A program made the translations under genes and the position numbers. Shown one piece after another: positions 44,710-55,069 of a DNA stretch of 64,000 nt. Below the pieces are notes generated by a model. The model was not told the DNA's origin and made no database searches. It worked only from the letters and a program-made list of their open reading frames with translations. Source of the DNA: an uncultured Thomasclavelia sp. GTDB taxonomy: Bacteria > Bacillota_I > Bacilli_A > Erysipelotrichales > Coprobacillaceae. Position 1 is the stretch's first letter. Every line of letters starts with the position of its first letter. The stretch is from NCBI RefSeq assembly GCF_944324745.1, contig NZ_CALUXO010000002.1, forward strand, positions 7,273-71,272, given 5' to 3'.

Positions 44710-46641
44710 TTAAGCTTTAACTAAATTATCATTGTTGATAGATGCAGCCTCATCATTACTACTGTTGAGTGCTGGGGTAGTACGTCTTTTAAAACCAGTA
44801 CCCTGATATTGATAAGTTGGTACCATTTCTTTAACTAACAGACGTATATCATCAACTTCATCATATGCTGCTTCTTTTAACTCTTTTAACTGTTCAAAAA
44901 AGATCTCTTCATTTAATTCAATTGGTTTTCCAATATGAATCATATGATTTGGCGTATCTTGTAAGCCTTCTTCTTCCATCAACAGTTCTTCATATAATTT
45001 TTCTCCCGGTCTTAATCCCGTATAAACAATCTTGATATCCACATCTGGTTCATAACCTGATAATTTGATCAAGTTTCGAGCCATATCCGCTATCTTGACT
45101 GGTTCTCCCATATCTAATACAAAGATTTCGCCACCTTTAGCATAAGCTCCGGCCTGTAACACTAAAGAGACAGCCTCAGGTATCGTCATAAAATATCTGA
45201 TGATATCAGGATGGGTTACCGTTACTGGTCCCCCTTCTTTGATCTGTTTTTTAAATAATGGAATAACTGAACCATTTGATCCTAAAACATTACCAAATCT
45301 GACGGCTACATATTCGGTTTTAGATCGTTTATTGTAAGTTTGGACGATCATTTCACACAACCGTTTGGTTGCTCCCATGATATTAGTTGGATTAACGGCT
45401 TTATCGGTTGAAATTAAGATAAACCGTTTAGTTTGATACTTATCAGCAGCTTTGACTACATTCAATGTTCCAAAGACATTGTTTTTAACCGCTTCATTAG
45501 GGCTGTCTTCCATCAATGGGACATGTTTATGAGCTGCGGCATGATAGACGATATCGGGACGATAGGTTTCGAATAACTTATCGACTTTAACCGAATTTCT
45601 AACCGAAGCTATCATCGTTTCTAAGTGCAAATCAGGAAAATTATGCTTTAATTCCAGTTGAATATCATAAGCATTATTTTCATAGATATCGACGATAATC
45701 AGCATTTTTGGTTTATTGGCGGCAATTTGACGACATAACTCGCTACCAATCGAACCACCGCCACCAGTCACCATGACGACCTGATTAGTAACATAACCCA
45801 TGATATCATCAAGATTAACTTTGATTGGTTCGCGACCAAGTAAATCCTGAACTTCAACATCTTTAAAGTCACTGATATGAATATCGTCATTAATGAACTG
45901 ATAAATTCCTGGTAACCTTTTGATCTTACATTTAGTTTCTTTACAGATATTTAAAATATCCGCTAATTCTTTTTTACTAGCTGAAGGCATAGCAACTAAA
46001 ATTTCTTGAACGCCATAGCGCTCAACTGCTTCAATGATTTTATTACGACCACCAAAAATTTCTACACCATGGATCTGACGGCGCCATTTGGTTGGTTCAT
46101 CATCAATGAAACAAACTACTTCTTTATAAATATGATCAGAGTTATTGATTTCTCTAAGAACTTTTTCACCGGCCACACCCGCTCCAATAATCAAAACTTT
46201 TTCTAAAGGGCGTCGCTCTTTTTCAACATGAATATGGGTCTTATACATTCTGGCAAAACGATAAAAGAAACGAACACCACCAACCATCAATACTAGTAAT
46301 AAGAAAAAAATGATATAGCAGCTTTTAGGCATTCCATTACCGGTAATCTCACAGATAATCATATTAATAATGCTATTAGTTAAAGCTGCGATAATAATAT
46401 TTTTTAACTCAGTAATAGAGGCAAATTGCCATAAGCTGTGATATAAACGAAAACAAACAAAAACTGTTAAATCAATTAAAATTAAAAAGATGATAATATT
46501 ATTTAATCTAGCAATAAACATTGGGTCAATCGGACCATTGAATCGCAAAAACAAGGCTCCATAGCTGGCAATAACGATACTTATTATATCGATACCAACT
46601 AGAAAAAACCTTCTTAAATTCAGTTTAGCTTTCTCTCCCAT
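44710..46641 (-). CDS. Membrane-bound polysaccharide biosynthesis protein CapD/PglF-type (NDP-sugar 4,6-dehydratase)
   Basis: About 4 N-terminal TM helices, then two Rossmann motifs (IIGAGVAG, VTGGGGSIG) and a short-chain dehydratase core. Start moved to ATG 46641, after GGGGGAGGA. Confidence 0.85.
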   Translation of the reverse strand: MGEKAKLNLRRFFLVGIDIISIVIASYGALFLRFNGPIDPMFIARLNNIIIFLILIDLTVFVCFRLYHSLWQFASITELKNIIIAALTNSIINMIICEITGNGMPKSCYIIFFLLLVLMVGGVRFFYRFARMYKTHIHVEKERRPLEKVLIIGAGVAGEKVLREINNSDHIYKEVVCFIDDEPTKWRRQIHGVEIFGGRNKIIEAVERYGVQEILVAMPSASKKELADILNICKETKCKIKRLPGIYQFINDDIHISDFKDVEVQDLLGREPIKVNLDDIMGYVTNQVVMVTGGGGSIGSELCRQIAANKPKMLIIVDIYENNAYDIQLELKHNFPDLHLETMIASVRNSVKVDKLFETYRPDIVYHAAAHKHVPLMEDSPNEAVKNNVFGTLNVVKAADKYQTKRFILISTDKAVNPTNIMGATKRLCEMIVQTYNKRSKTEYVAVRFGNVLGSNGSVIPLFKKQIKEGGPVTVTHPDIIRYFMTIPEAVSLVLQAGAYAKGGEIFVLDMGEPVKIADMARNLIKLSGYEPDVDIKIVYTGLRPGEKLYEELLMEEEGLQDTPNHMIHIGKPIELNEEIFFEQLKELKEAAYDEVDDIRLLVKEMVPTYQYQGTGFKRRTTPALNSSNDEAASINNDNLVKA

Positions 46642-47050
46642 TAATTTTCCTCCCCCATTAATAAATTTAATATCTTTCATCACAATTTTATTTCATTAAT
46701 GATGTAAATCTTCTTTCATTAATACATGGTATATTATCGTTAATCAAAACAAAAAAATCAAGTCATTTCAACTACTTTCTTAATTTTATAAATTATTTTT
46801 ACAAGAAATGACAAAATTTTTCCAATTAATTACATTCAAATATTATAAATAAATCATATTTAAGAAAATGAAAAAAATCTATTTTTAATATTTTATTATA
46901 TTTCTGTTATTTGATTATGATTTTTTTGAGATTTTTTGTGATAAAATATTGCTTTTTTTCTTTTTATAAAGGATAATACTATGCGAATAGTTATATTTAT
47001 TATGTTAATAATATATTTGAATAAAATTAATTTTATATTTGGGAGGACAT

Positions 47051-47734
47051 ATGGAAAAAACAGAATTAAATGATGAAGTTGAGATCGATTTATCGGAACT
47101 ATTCAAATTATTGAAGAAAAAAATCAAATTAATCATTATGTTAGCTTTAGTAGGTGTCGTTATTGCCGTATCCGCTACTACTTTTTTAATTGATAAAAAA
47201 TACGCATCTGAAGGAAGTGTCCTGTTAAGAGCTGAAGTTGTCGATGGAACAATGGATTCATCACAGCTAAGTGCTAACAACATGATGGTCAATAACTATG
47301 TTGAATTGTTACAAGGAAATACCATCCAAAATGAAGTAGCAACAAATCTAAATATAACTGTTGAAGATGTTCGTAGTGCCTTAACAATTACTAACACATC
47401 AGATACTCAAATTATTGAGATTTCAGCTACCACAGCCGATCCAGAGCTTTCCAGAGATATCGTAGCAGAAACAATTACCGTCTTTACTACCCTGGTTCAA
47501 GAAAAATTAAATGTTACCAACCTGACGATCGTTGATCAACCAGAAGTAAATGCCAATCCGGTATCACCAAGTATTTTTAGAAATATCATCATTGGTGGCA
47601 TCGTTGGAGTCGTTATTGCCCTGGCATATATTTTATTAACTTATTTATTAGATACAAAAATTAAAAATGGTGAACAGGCCGAACAACTTCTAGGAGTACC
47701 ACTACTAGGAACTGTACCATATTTTGAGGAATAA
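47051..47734 (+). CDS. Wzz/CpsC/TkmA-type chain-length determinant (BY-kinase transmembrane modulator)
   Basis: The N-terminal DLSELFKLLKKK is followed by a TM segment, a periplasmic-type domain, a second TM segment and the tail LLGTVPYFEE. GGGAGGA upstream of ATG 47051. Confidence 0.85.
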   Translation: MEKTELNDEVEIDLSELFKLLKKKIKLIIMLALVGVVIAVSATTFLIDKKYASEGSVLLRAEVVDGTMDSSQLSANNMMVNNYVELLQGNTIQNEVATNLNITVEDVRSALTITNTSDTQIIEISATTADPELSRDIVAETITVFTTLVQEKLNVTNLTIVDQPEVNANPVSPSIFRNIIIGGIVGVVIALAYILLTYLLDTKIKNGEQAEQLLGVPLLGTVPYFEE

Positions 47735-47737
47735 GCA

Positions 47738-48517
47738 ATGGAATTTATTGATATTCATAGTCATTATGCCTGGGATATCGATGATGGTATTAATGATCTT
47801 GATGAAGCCTTAGAAGCACTTAAAGCTGCCAAAAAACAAAATATAGGTAAAATTGTGGCGACACCACATTTAACTCCCGGGACAACAACCGCCCTGGAAT
47901 TTGCGCAAATGAAACAGCGAATCAATGAGTTACAAGCTTTAGCCAAACAACTAGATATTGAAGTTTATCCTGGTTGTGAAATCATGCTAAACAGCGATTA
48001 TTTAACAGCGCTGCAAGATCAAAATTATTTAACGATCAATAACGGTCCTTATGTATTAGTTGAATTCAACGTAACCCAGCGCTTACCAGAAGATTATGAT
48101 GAACGAATTTATGAATTTAGTTTAAAAAACAAAATTATTGTTGCCCATGTTGAAAGATATTTTCATCATCATCTAAAGTTAGATATTATTGAACAATGGC
48201 TTGATTATGGCTATGTTATTCAAATCAATAGCTCAAGTATCTTAAATTCCAATAGCCGTAGTCATGAATTTGCATTGGAATTATTAGAACGGGGCATGGT
48301 TCATCTAATTGCCAATGACGTTCATCGTTCCAGTGGCATTCGATCACCAAATCTTCAAGACACATATGATTATTTAACTAAAAAGTATCAAAGTGAAGAT
48401 GTCATTAAACTGATGTATGATAATCCTTTAAAAATTATCAATGGTCAAAAAATAGAATTAGTAAAATTAAACAAGATAAAAACATCGAGAATACCTTGGT
48501 TTAAAAGGAGAAAGTAA
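47738..48517 (+). CDS. PHP-family protein-tyrosine phosphatase (CpsB/YwqE-like)
   Basis: IDIHSHYAWDIDDG, ATPH, HVER and NDVH metal-binding motifs; 259 aa. Confidence 0.85.
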   Translation: MEFIDIHSHYAWDIDDGINDLDEALEALKAAKKQNIGKIVATPHLTPGTTTALEFAQMKQRINELQALAKQLDIEVYPGCEIMLNSDYLTALQDQNYLTINNGPYVLVEFNVTQRLPEDYDERIYEFSLKNKIIVAHVERYFHHHLKLDIIEQWLDYGYVIQINSSSILNSNSRSHEFALELLERGMVHLIANDVHRSSGIRSPNLQDTYDYLTKKYQSEDVIKLMYDNPLKIINGQKIELVKLNKIKTSRIPWFKRRK

Positions 48518-49243
48518 ATGCTTAGAAATAAAAGAAATAAAGAAGAAAAACGAACATTTTTAATCACACAACCTGAAAAGAAAACTAGTAAAATTGATTT
48601 TAAAGAAGTTTATCGTCATATTCGTACTAGTATTGAATATTCAACTGTTGGAAAAGACGTAAAAGCAATTAATGTCACTTCATCAATACCTGGTGAATCT
48701 AAAAGTACTACTTCAATTAATCTAGGCTTAATTTATGCTACTAAATATTCTAATGTCTTATTAATTGATTGTGATTTAAGAAAATCTACAATTCACCGTT
48801 ATCTTAATTTATCTAATTCTCGTGGCTTAACTAATGCATTAATGGAATATGGTGATAGTCACACTATTAGTTCTAAATGTTTTCAGTTTGTTGAAGATCC
48901 ATCATTTGTGGGGAAATTATCAGTATTAACTTCAGGAGTCAAAGTTCCTAATCCAACGGAACTGATTGGTAGTGAAGTTTTTAAAAACTTTATTAACGAA
49001 TTAAAAACGCTTTATGATTTTATCATTATTGATTGTCCACCAATCATGTCAGTCAGTGATGCCATTCCAATTGGTAATGTTGTCGATGGAACTATCTTTG
49101 TTTGTTCCTCAAGCATCACAAATCGTAAAGATGCCAAAGCATCAATTGAAATCTTAAAGAAAAATAACGTCAATATTATTGGAACAGTATTAACCCAAGT
49201 AGAACAAGATAATTCTAAAAACGGATATTATCATTATTACTAG
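48518..49243 (+). CDS. Bacterial tyrosine kinase catalytic subunit (CpsD/YwqD-like)
   Basis: Walker A SSIPGESKSTT, Walker A' LLIDCDLRK, Walker B FIIIDCPP, and a C-terminal Tyr cluster NGYYHYY. Confidence 0.88.
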   Translation: MLRNKRNKEEKRTFLITQPEKKTSKIDFKEVYRHIRTSIEYSTVGKDVKAINVTSSIPGESKSTTSINLGLIYATKYSNVLLIDCDLRKSTIHRYLNLSNSRGLTNALMEYGDSHTISSKCFQFVEDPSFVGKLSVLTSGVKVPNPTELIGSEVFKNFINELKTLYDFIIIDCPPIMSVSDAIPIGNVVDGTIFVCSSSITNRKDAKASIEILKKNNVNIIGTVLTQVEQDNSKNGYYHYY

Positions 49244-49245
49244 TT

Positions 49246-50208
49246 ATGCACAACAAAAAATCATTATATTTTTATATTGCTGTTCCTGTCTTAATTGCAT
49301 TAATTTTAGCAATCTTATTTTATGATCGTTATCAAAGAACTCAATTTCTTTCTAAATACTCTAGTGAAGATACTCCAGTCGCTACCAATAATGATACTAA
49401 TTTACCAACTATTTATTGTGTTGGCGATAGTATTACCCTGGGAGCCAACGATACTAAATCATATCCAGAATATTTACAAGATTTAGTTTCTAATGAGATA
49501 ACTGTTCTTGGTGATAATCGCATTAATAGTGCCGCTCTAGCAATCAAACTAGGTAATCAGGATGTCTATGTCAATAACTTGACTATTCCAAGTAGTGATG
49601 AAGAAGTAGCTATTACGTTATACAATGAAAATGGTGAAGTCCAAGATGCTATTTTAAATAGTCAAACTGGGATTGATTCATGTATTATCAACAACATTAC
49701 TGGCAGTATTCGCTATGATGCTAACACTAATCAATTATTATTTAAACGATTAGAAGCTGGCAGTTCTACTATGATCACTACTTTAACTAAAGTAGAAATC
49801 ACCAAACCAGAAATTGCTCAAGATAATATCTTGATTTTATTTACTGGTTCTTATGAAGAAAGTATTCAAGGCAGTTTAGTTAATTATCAAAATCAGATTT
49901 TATCAGCTTTTAATACTGATCAATATATTGTCGTTTCCTTAACAGCTAACGATCGTAACAGTACTAATAATCTGCTGGCAACTACTTATGGTCAGCATTA
50001 TTTGGATTTTAAAAATTACTTGTTGTCAGATGGTTTAAATGATGCTAAGCTGACACCAACTGCTGATGATCAAGCTAGTATTGCTTCAGGAAACGTTCCA
50101 GCTAGTTTATTAATTGATGGATTAAATGGTAATAATTATTATAATCAGCTTTTAGCTAATCAACTGTTTAATAAATTAACTGAATTAGGCTACTTAACTA
50201 ATAACTAA
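49246..50208 (+). CDS. Membrane-anchored SGNH/GDSL-like hydrolase
   Basis: An N-terminal TM anchor, then IYCVGDSITLGAND (GDS block I). Confidence 0.55.
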   Translation: MHNKKSLYFYIAVPVLIALILAILFYDRYQRTQFLSKYSSEDTPVATNNDTNLPTIYCVGDSITLGANDTKSYPEYLQDLVSNEITVLGDNRINSAALAIKLGNQDVYVNNLTIPSSDEEVAITLYNENGEVQDAILNSQTGIDSCIINNITGSIRYDANTNQLLFKRLEAGSSTMITTLTKVEITKPEIAQDNILILFTGSYEESIQGSLVNYQNQILSAFNTDQYIVVSLTANDRNSTNNLLATTYGQHYLDFKNYLLSDGLNDAKLTPTADDQASIASGNVPASLLIDGLNGNNYYNQLLANQLFNKLTELGYLTNN

Positions 50209-50279
50209 TGATCAAACCTCTAAAAAACTAATTTTAGAGGTTTTTTGTATTTAAAAAAGCAATCCCAGATTGAATTGCT

Positions 50280-50621
50280 TTAATCATTCTTTATTAAAAT
50301 ATCCATTCGTGCAAATTCTATTTGATTAATCATATCAGTAATCAAACCCTCAAATACCATCACATCAATATCTGCTTGTTTTAGCTGATAAAACAATAAG
50401 CGCCATTTTTCATTTTCACAAATAACTAGAGGGATATAAGCCGGAATCTTTAAATAAGCACAATAACCTAAATATTCCTTGATTCCTAAATTACCACCAT
50501 GTTCAAAACGATAGATGCTGCTGACACTAAGATTTAATGCTTTAGCTAATCTAGCTTGAGAAATCTGATGACTTTTACGCAACCACTTTAATACTTGTCC
50601 TGTCGTCAGTATTTCATTCAT
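50280..50621 (-). CDS. XRE-family HTH transcriptional regulator
   Basis: GQVLKWLRKSHQISQARLAKALNLSVSSIYRFEHG is a typical HTH_3 motif. Confidence 0.7.
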   Translation of the reverse strand: MNEILTTGQVLKWLRKSHQISQARLAKALNLSVSSIYRFEHGGNLGIKEYLGYCAYLKIPAYIPLVICENEKWRLLFYQLKQADIDVMVFEGLITDMINQIEFARMDILIKND

Positions 50622-50623
50622 AA

Positions 50624-51463
50624 TTAAATTAATTGCAGCTTTTTCATACTTTTGTAGATTCCATCATCATCAGGATCTTCAAAAATATCATCAGCTATTG
50701 CCTTTAACTTGTCTGGAGCTAAATAAGAAACAACACCATAAGCCACATCATTGATCATTTGATAATCATTCATACTATCACCAAAAGCAATCGTATCTTT
50801 CATATCGCCACCTAAATAAGCAACAGCCTTTTTTATCGCATCACCTTTAGTACAATTTTTTAAGATGATTTCACCGTTGATAAAATCATCACTTTCCTTT
50901 GAAAAAATAACAATATTAAAGAATTCACTTAAATATTTTACACAATCATAGAAAGCCAATTTATCTTCAGAAATAAAACAAATTTTAGTAACTTTATTTT
51001 TTAAAATATCAAACTCACTAATTGGTAAACGCACTTCCTCATTTTTTCTTTCTTCTAAAAAACGCGCCAACTCTAAATTATTTTCAGTAATTTTACTATT
51101 TTTCTTATCAAAAAAATCTCTAACTCCTGGAGTTTGGAATAATGCCTCTTTAGTCTCTAGGCTAAATAATATTTTAGCATTAGTAAATAATAACATTACT
51201 TCAGATAAAATATATTGATTAATAAAGTTTTCAAAAATATATTTACCACCAATATTAATAAAACCACCAGCTGATGAAATAATACCATCAAAACCAATAT
51301 CCCGAACTGACTTCATAATAGAAACTGGTGCTCTTCCTGTACATAAAAAAGCAATATGACCATTTTGACGAGCCTGTTTAATTCCCTCAGCTGTTTTATC
51401 AGTTACTTTTTTACTAGGCCCTAATAAAGTCCCATCAATATCAAAAAACAAATATTTTCCCAT
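50624..51463 (-). CDS. Cof-type HAD-IIB phosphatase
   Basis: FFDIDGTLL (motif I), CTGR, and GDSMNDYQM (motif IV). Confidence 0.85.
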   Translation of the reverse strand: MGKYLFFDIDGTLLGPSKKVTDKTAEGIKQARQNGHIAFLCTGRAPVSIMKSVRDIGFDGIISSAGGFINIGGKYIFENFINQYILSEVMLLFTNAKILFSLETKEALFQTPGVRDFFDKKNSKITENNLELARFLEERKNEEVRLPISEFDILKNKVTKICFISEDKLAFYDCVKYLSEFFNIVIFSKESDDFINGEIILKNCTKGDAIKKAVAYLGGDMKDTIAFGDSMNDYQMINDVAYGVVSYLAPDKLKAIADDIFEDPDDDGIYKSMKKLQLI

Positions 51464-51584
51464 ATCTTCTCCTCCATTTTAATTCGTATTTATTATACAT
51501 GGTTTTTATATTTAGATAAAACTTTTTTCATAATTTGATGATAAATTATAAAAGAAAACACTAAGCAAATGCCTAGTGTTATTA

Positions 51585-52538
51585 CTATTCAAATTGAGTA
51601 TCAACTTTAAAGATATTATTACCGTTCAAATAATCTTTAACTGCCATCCTTTTTTTACCTGCCAGCTGTAATTCAGTAATTAAATAAATACCATCACCGG
51701 TTTTTACCCCAATAGCATCTTTAAAGATTTTTACGATCGTACCATTAGGTTGATGTTGATGATGTACTTTAGCATTAGCACAATTATGGATCATACCCGC
51801 CCAGATTTTAACGTTTTTACCTTCATATGTAGTATAAGCCCCAGGCCAAGGATTTAAGCCACGAACTCGATTATAAACGTCTTTAGCACTTTGATTAAAA
51901 TCAATCTTTTCCTGTTCATGAGTAATAACTGGTGCGTAGGTCACCAAACTTTCATCTTGAACGATTGAATTATTTGTTTGATTGATGATAGCAGGTAACG
52001 TTTCTAATAATAAATCAGCTCCAACCACACTTAAACGCTGGTACAGATCACCCATATTTTCTTGTTCATCAATGGCAACTTCTACCTGACTGATAATATT
52101 TCCAGCATCCATCTTTTTAACCATATACATAATCGTAACCCCAGTTTTTTCTTCACCATTAATAATGGCATAATGAACTGGTGCCCCACCACGATATTTA
52201 GGTAACAATGATGCATGAACGTTAATACAACCTAGTTTTGGTGCTTGTAAGATGGCATCAGGCACAATTTGACCATAAGCAGCTGTAATAATCAAATCCG
52301 GTTTTAAATCAATAATCTCTTGATAGTCTTCTTTAATTCTAGCTGGCTGTAAAACAGGAATTTGATATTTTAAAGCCACTTCTTTAACTTCTGGCATCGT
52401 TAAGACCTTTTTTCTACCTACTAGACGATCAGGCTGAGTAACAACACCAATAATATTATATTTTTCTTCTAATAATTTCACTAGTACCTGTTTAGAGAAA
52501 CTAGCAGTTCCCATAAAAACAATTCTTGTATTTTCCAT
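51585..52538 (-). CDS. fmt: Methionyl-tRNA formyltransferase
   Basis: IVFMGTASF N-terminus and the NVHASLLPKYRGGAPV motif; 317 aa. Confidence 0.93.
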   Translation of the reverse strand: MENTRIVFMGTASFSKQVLVKLLEEKYNIIGVVTQPDRLVGRKKVLTMPEVKEVALKYQIPVLQPARIKEDYQEIIDLKPDLIITAAYGQIVPDAILQAPKLGCINVHASLLPKYRGGAPVHYAIINGEEKTGVTIMYMVKKMDAGNIISQVEVAIDEQENMGDLYQRLSVVGADLLLETLPAIINQTNNSIVQDESLVTYAPVITHEQEKIDFNQSAKDVYNRVRGLNPWPGAYTTYEGKNVKIWAGMIHNCANAKVHHQHQPNGTIVKIFKDAIGVKTGDGIYLITELQLAGKKRMAVKDYLNGNNIFKVDTQFE

Positions 52539-52617
52539 CTAAACACTCGCTTTCTTTTCATTTGTTTCATTATACCTTGTTTTATCTTTGATTTAAATAT
52601 AAAAGTGCCAAAAGGCA

Positions 52618-52902
52618 CTAAAATAGACTGCTGATTAAATTAGAAATAATCAAAACAACCGTTTCAATTATTTTAATACAAAAATCACTAATACTTTTAA
52701 TTACTAACGATAAAGTATTTTCCGGTTGATCAGTAACGATACCATAGTCACTGTCAATCGTTTCATTATCTTGAATTGTTTGTTCAAACTGAGTAATACT
52801 TTGATCAAACACCTCTTTTTGAACCCCATAGTTTCCAAAAATACCATTAATCATAAAAATCAATAAAGCTACTAAACACATGTCAATTAAAAAATTTTTC
52901 AT
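52618..52902 (-). CDS. Small membrane protein, function unknown
   Basis: The ATGA overlap with the spoIIP stop suggests coupling. It has TM segments at both ends. A terminator (GTGCC-TTTT-GGCAC) lies downstream. Confidence 0.45.
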   Translation of the reverse strand: MKNFLIDMCLVALLIFMINGIFGNYGVQKEVFDQSITQFEQTIQDNETIDSDYGIVTDQPENTLSLVIKSISDFCIKIIETVVLIISNLISSLF

Positions 52903-53639
52903 CCTAAATATTCTCCTATTGTCTTTGCTAAAATTTCTACTGTTGCTTCTACTTCCTCTTTAGTATTACTTTGGGCCCCTACTTCAATTAAAACCATATT
53001 ATCGGTCGTTCCCTGATTATAATGAGAACTTTTGACATAAACACCGCGACTAATATCTGGAACCAAAGCATTAGCCTGATCAGATAAACTCTGTGATAAC
53101 TGATTTACGGCATCAAATTTGCCACTGCTTTTACCAACTACAAACATTATTTTGGCATACGACTTATTTTCATAAGAAATTGTCGATAAATCTTTGCTGA
53201 TTGAATCACGATGAAAATCAATCACCAGATCATAACCACCACTTAATTTTAAACTTTCTTCTAAATACATTTTAGACACTGTATATGATTTATTATAAGC
53301 AATATTATGAACTGCTTTATAGTTTTCAAAATCATTACCTTCAACATCACATTGATAACCTAAATTATTTAAACAAGTCTGTAAATACTTTGCACCAGAA
53401 ATTACATCATATCCATCATATTCTTCACTTTGATGAGTATTGTAAATATGAATTTTTTTATCTTTAGTTACAACTGCTTCACTATTACCAGTACTAGCAA
53501 CAGTCGTTGCATTTTCAGTTGTGTCGATGGCATTAATCACTTGAGCATTATAACTAGTCACTTTAGTTGGTAAATAGACAATCAACCCCACTATCACCAT
53601 TAACTTAAAAACAATTAAGATTCCGTTTTTTAATCTCAT
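52899..53639 (-). CDS. spoIIP: Stage II sporulation protein P
   Basis: IHIYNTHQSEEY and VIDFHRDS motifs, an N-terminal TM anchor, and a position next to gpr as in Bacillus. Start moved to ATG 53639 (MRLKNG), after AGGTGA. Confidence 0.8.
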   Translation of the reverse strand: MRLKNGILIVFKLMVIVGLIVYLPTKVTSYNAQVINAIDTTENATTVASTGNSEAVVTKDKKIHIYNTHQSEEYDGYDVISGAKYLQTCLNNLGYQCDVEGNDFENYKAVHNIAYNKSYTVSKMYLEESLKLSGGYDLVIDFHRDSISKDLSTISYENKSYAKIMFVVGKSSGKFDAVNQLSQSLSDQANALVPDISRGVYVKSSHYNQGTTDNMVLIEVGAQSNTKEEVEATVEILAKTIGEYLG

Positions 53640-53685
53640 CACATCACCTACCATCCAATTAAATTGTATGCCAGGTAACTTAATT

Positions 53686-54648
53686 TTAGTACCGCAAACT
53701 ATTAATACTCTTACTAATTATTTTCGCCATAATTTCACATTGTTCATCGATTTGTTTATCACTTAAGACAAAATTACAATCTAAAGGATCTAAAACCTCC
53801 TGAAACAACAAATCCAGCTCACTACTATTTAATTTACCAATTTCACCTAACATCATTGTCTTTTGGCTATCATCTAAACTTCCCTGATAGCGATCTCGTT
53901 TACCTACTTTTAGCTTGTTTACAGGATTCAAACTATCACCAAAATAATCCAGTGTATAACTTAAAACATCACTAACTAAACTGCTGGCATAGATAACTGT
54001 CGGTACACCAATAGCGATTACTTTAGCCCCAATTGTTTTTTCATTAATCGCCTGACGATAATTACCAATACCACTACCAGGATTAATTCCCACATCATTA
54101 ATTTGAATTACATGTGATAATTTATGATAGTTACGGGCACACAAGGCATCTACAACAATAACCAGATCGATTTGTTGAGAGGCAACTAAAGCTTTAACGA
54201 CATCACTGCTTTCCATCCCCGTTTGAATCATTACCCCAGGCACAATTCCTAAAACATCATAATAATGATTATTTAATTTAGTTTCATCATCTAGATAATG
54301 GGTAATTCGTAAATCTCTTAGAGTCCGTGGTCCAATAGCGTCATTAGTTAAAAACCGATTTCCTAAACCTACTACTAAAATTTTGGGATAATCAATTTGA
54401 TCGATCAATGGTTTTAAACTATTTGCCAGGGCAGCAACAATATCTTGTTGATACATATAATCCTGAAAACTTATTTCAATGTAGGTTCCAACTTTTTGAT
54501 TTATGCTTGGATGTTCCTGCAATATTTTAATTGTCTCTACTTGAACATGTTGATAACTTGTCACAAAACGGTCATAATGTTTCCCCTGTTTTAACTGCTC
54601 TAATGATTCTGTTGCCAAATCACTTCGAAAATTTTGAAAATTCATCAT
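53686..54648 (-). CDS. gpr: Germination protease (GPR endopeptidase)
   Basis: RSDLATE, VVGLGN and DAIGP motifs. Divergent from rpsT as in Bacillus. Start taken at MMNFQNF, after AGGTGA. Confidence 0.88.
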   Translation of the reverse strand: MMNFQNFRSDLATESLEQLKQGKHYDRFVTSYQHVQVETIKILQEHPSINQKVGTYIEISFQDYMYQQDIVAALANSLKPLIDQIDYPKILVVGLGNRFLTNDAIGPRTLRDLRITHYLDDETKLNNHYYDVLGIVPGVMIQTGMESSDVVKALVASQQIDLVIVVDALCARNYHKLSHVIQINDVGINPGSGIGNYRQAINEKTIGAKVIAIGVPTVIYASSLVSDVLSYTLDYFGDSLNPVNKLKVGKRDRYQGSLDDSQKTMMLGEIGKLNSSELDLLFQEVLDPLDCNFVLSDKQIDEQCEIMAKIISKSINSLRY

Positions 54649-54770
54649 ATCACCTAATCTAAATATCACCAAATTCATAAATTTAATACCACAAAATCAA
54701 AAAAAAGTTGCATTTATTCTACGAATTATATATAATGAATGGGCAAGAAAAAAAAGCGAGGTGAAAGATT

Positions 54771-55031
54771 ATGGCAAATATGAAACAACAAATTAAACGT
54801 TATAAAAACGACAATCGTAAAAGAGCAAAAAATCATTCATATAAATCAGCGTTAAAAACTGCAATTAAAAAAGTTTTAGTTGAAGTTGAAGCTGGAAATA
54901 AAGAAGGTGCTGTTGCAGCTTACAATGTTGCAGCATCAAAATTAGATGCTTCTGTAACTAAAGGAATTCATCACAAAAATTACGCAAGCAGACAAAAATC
55001 AAGATTAGCTAAGCTGGTAAACTCTATCTAA
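54771..55031 (+). CDS. rpsT: 30S ribosomal protein S20
   Basis: 86 aa, with MANMKQQIKRYKNDNRKRAKNHSYKSALKTAIKK typical of S20. Confidence 0.95.
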   Translation: MANMKQQIKRYKNDNRKRAKNHSYKSALKTAIKKVLVEVEAGNKEGAVAAYNVAASKLDASVTKGIHHKNYASRQKSRLAKLVNSI

Positions 55032-55069
55032 TGATAGGGTTTTTATTTTAGAAAAAGGAGAAATAATTT

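Noticed and set aside
47005-47292. Track ORF (-), 95 aa
   Set aside because: It lies antisense to the Wzz-like gene and has no start signals.
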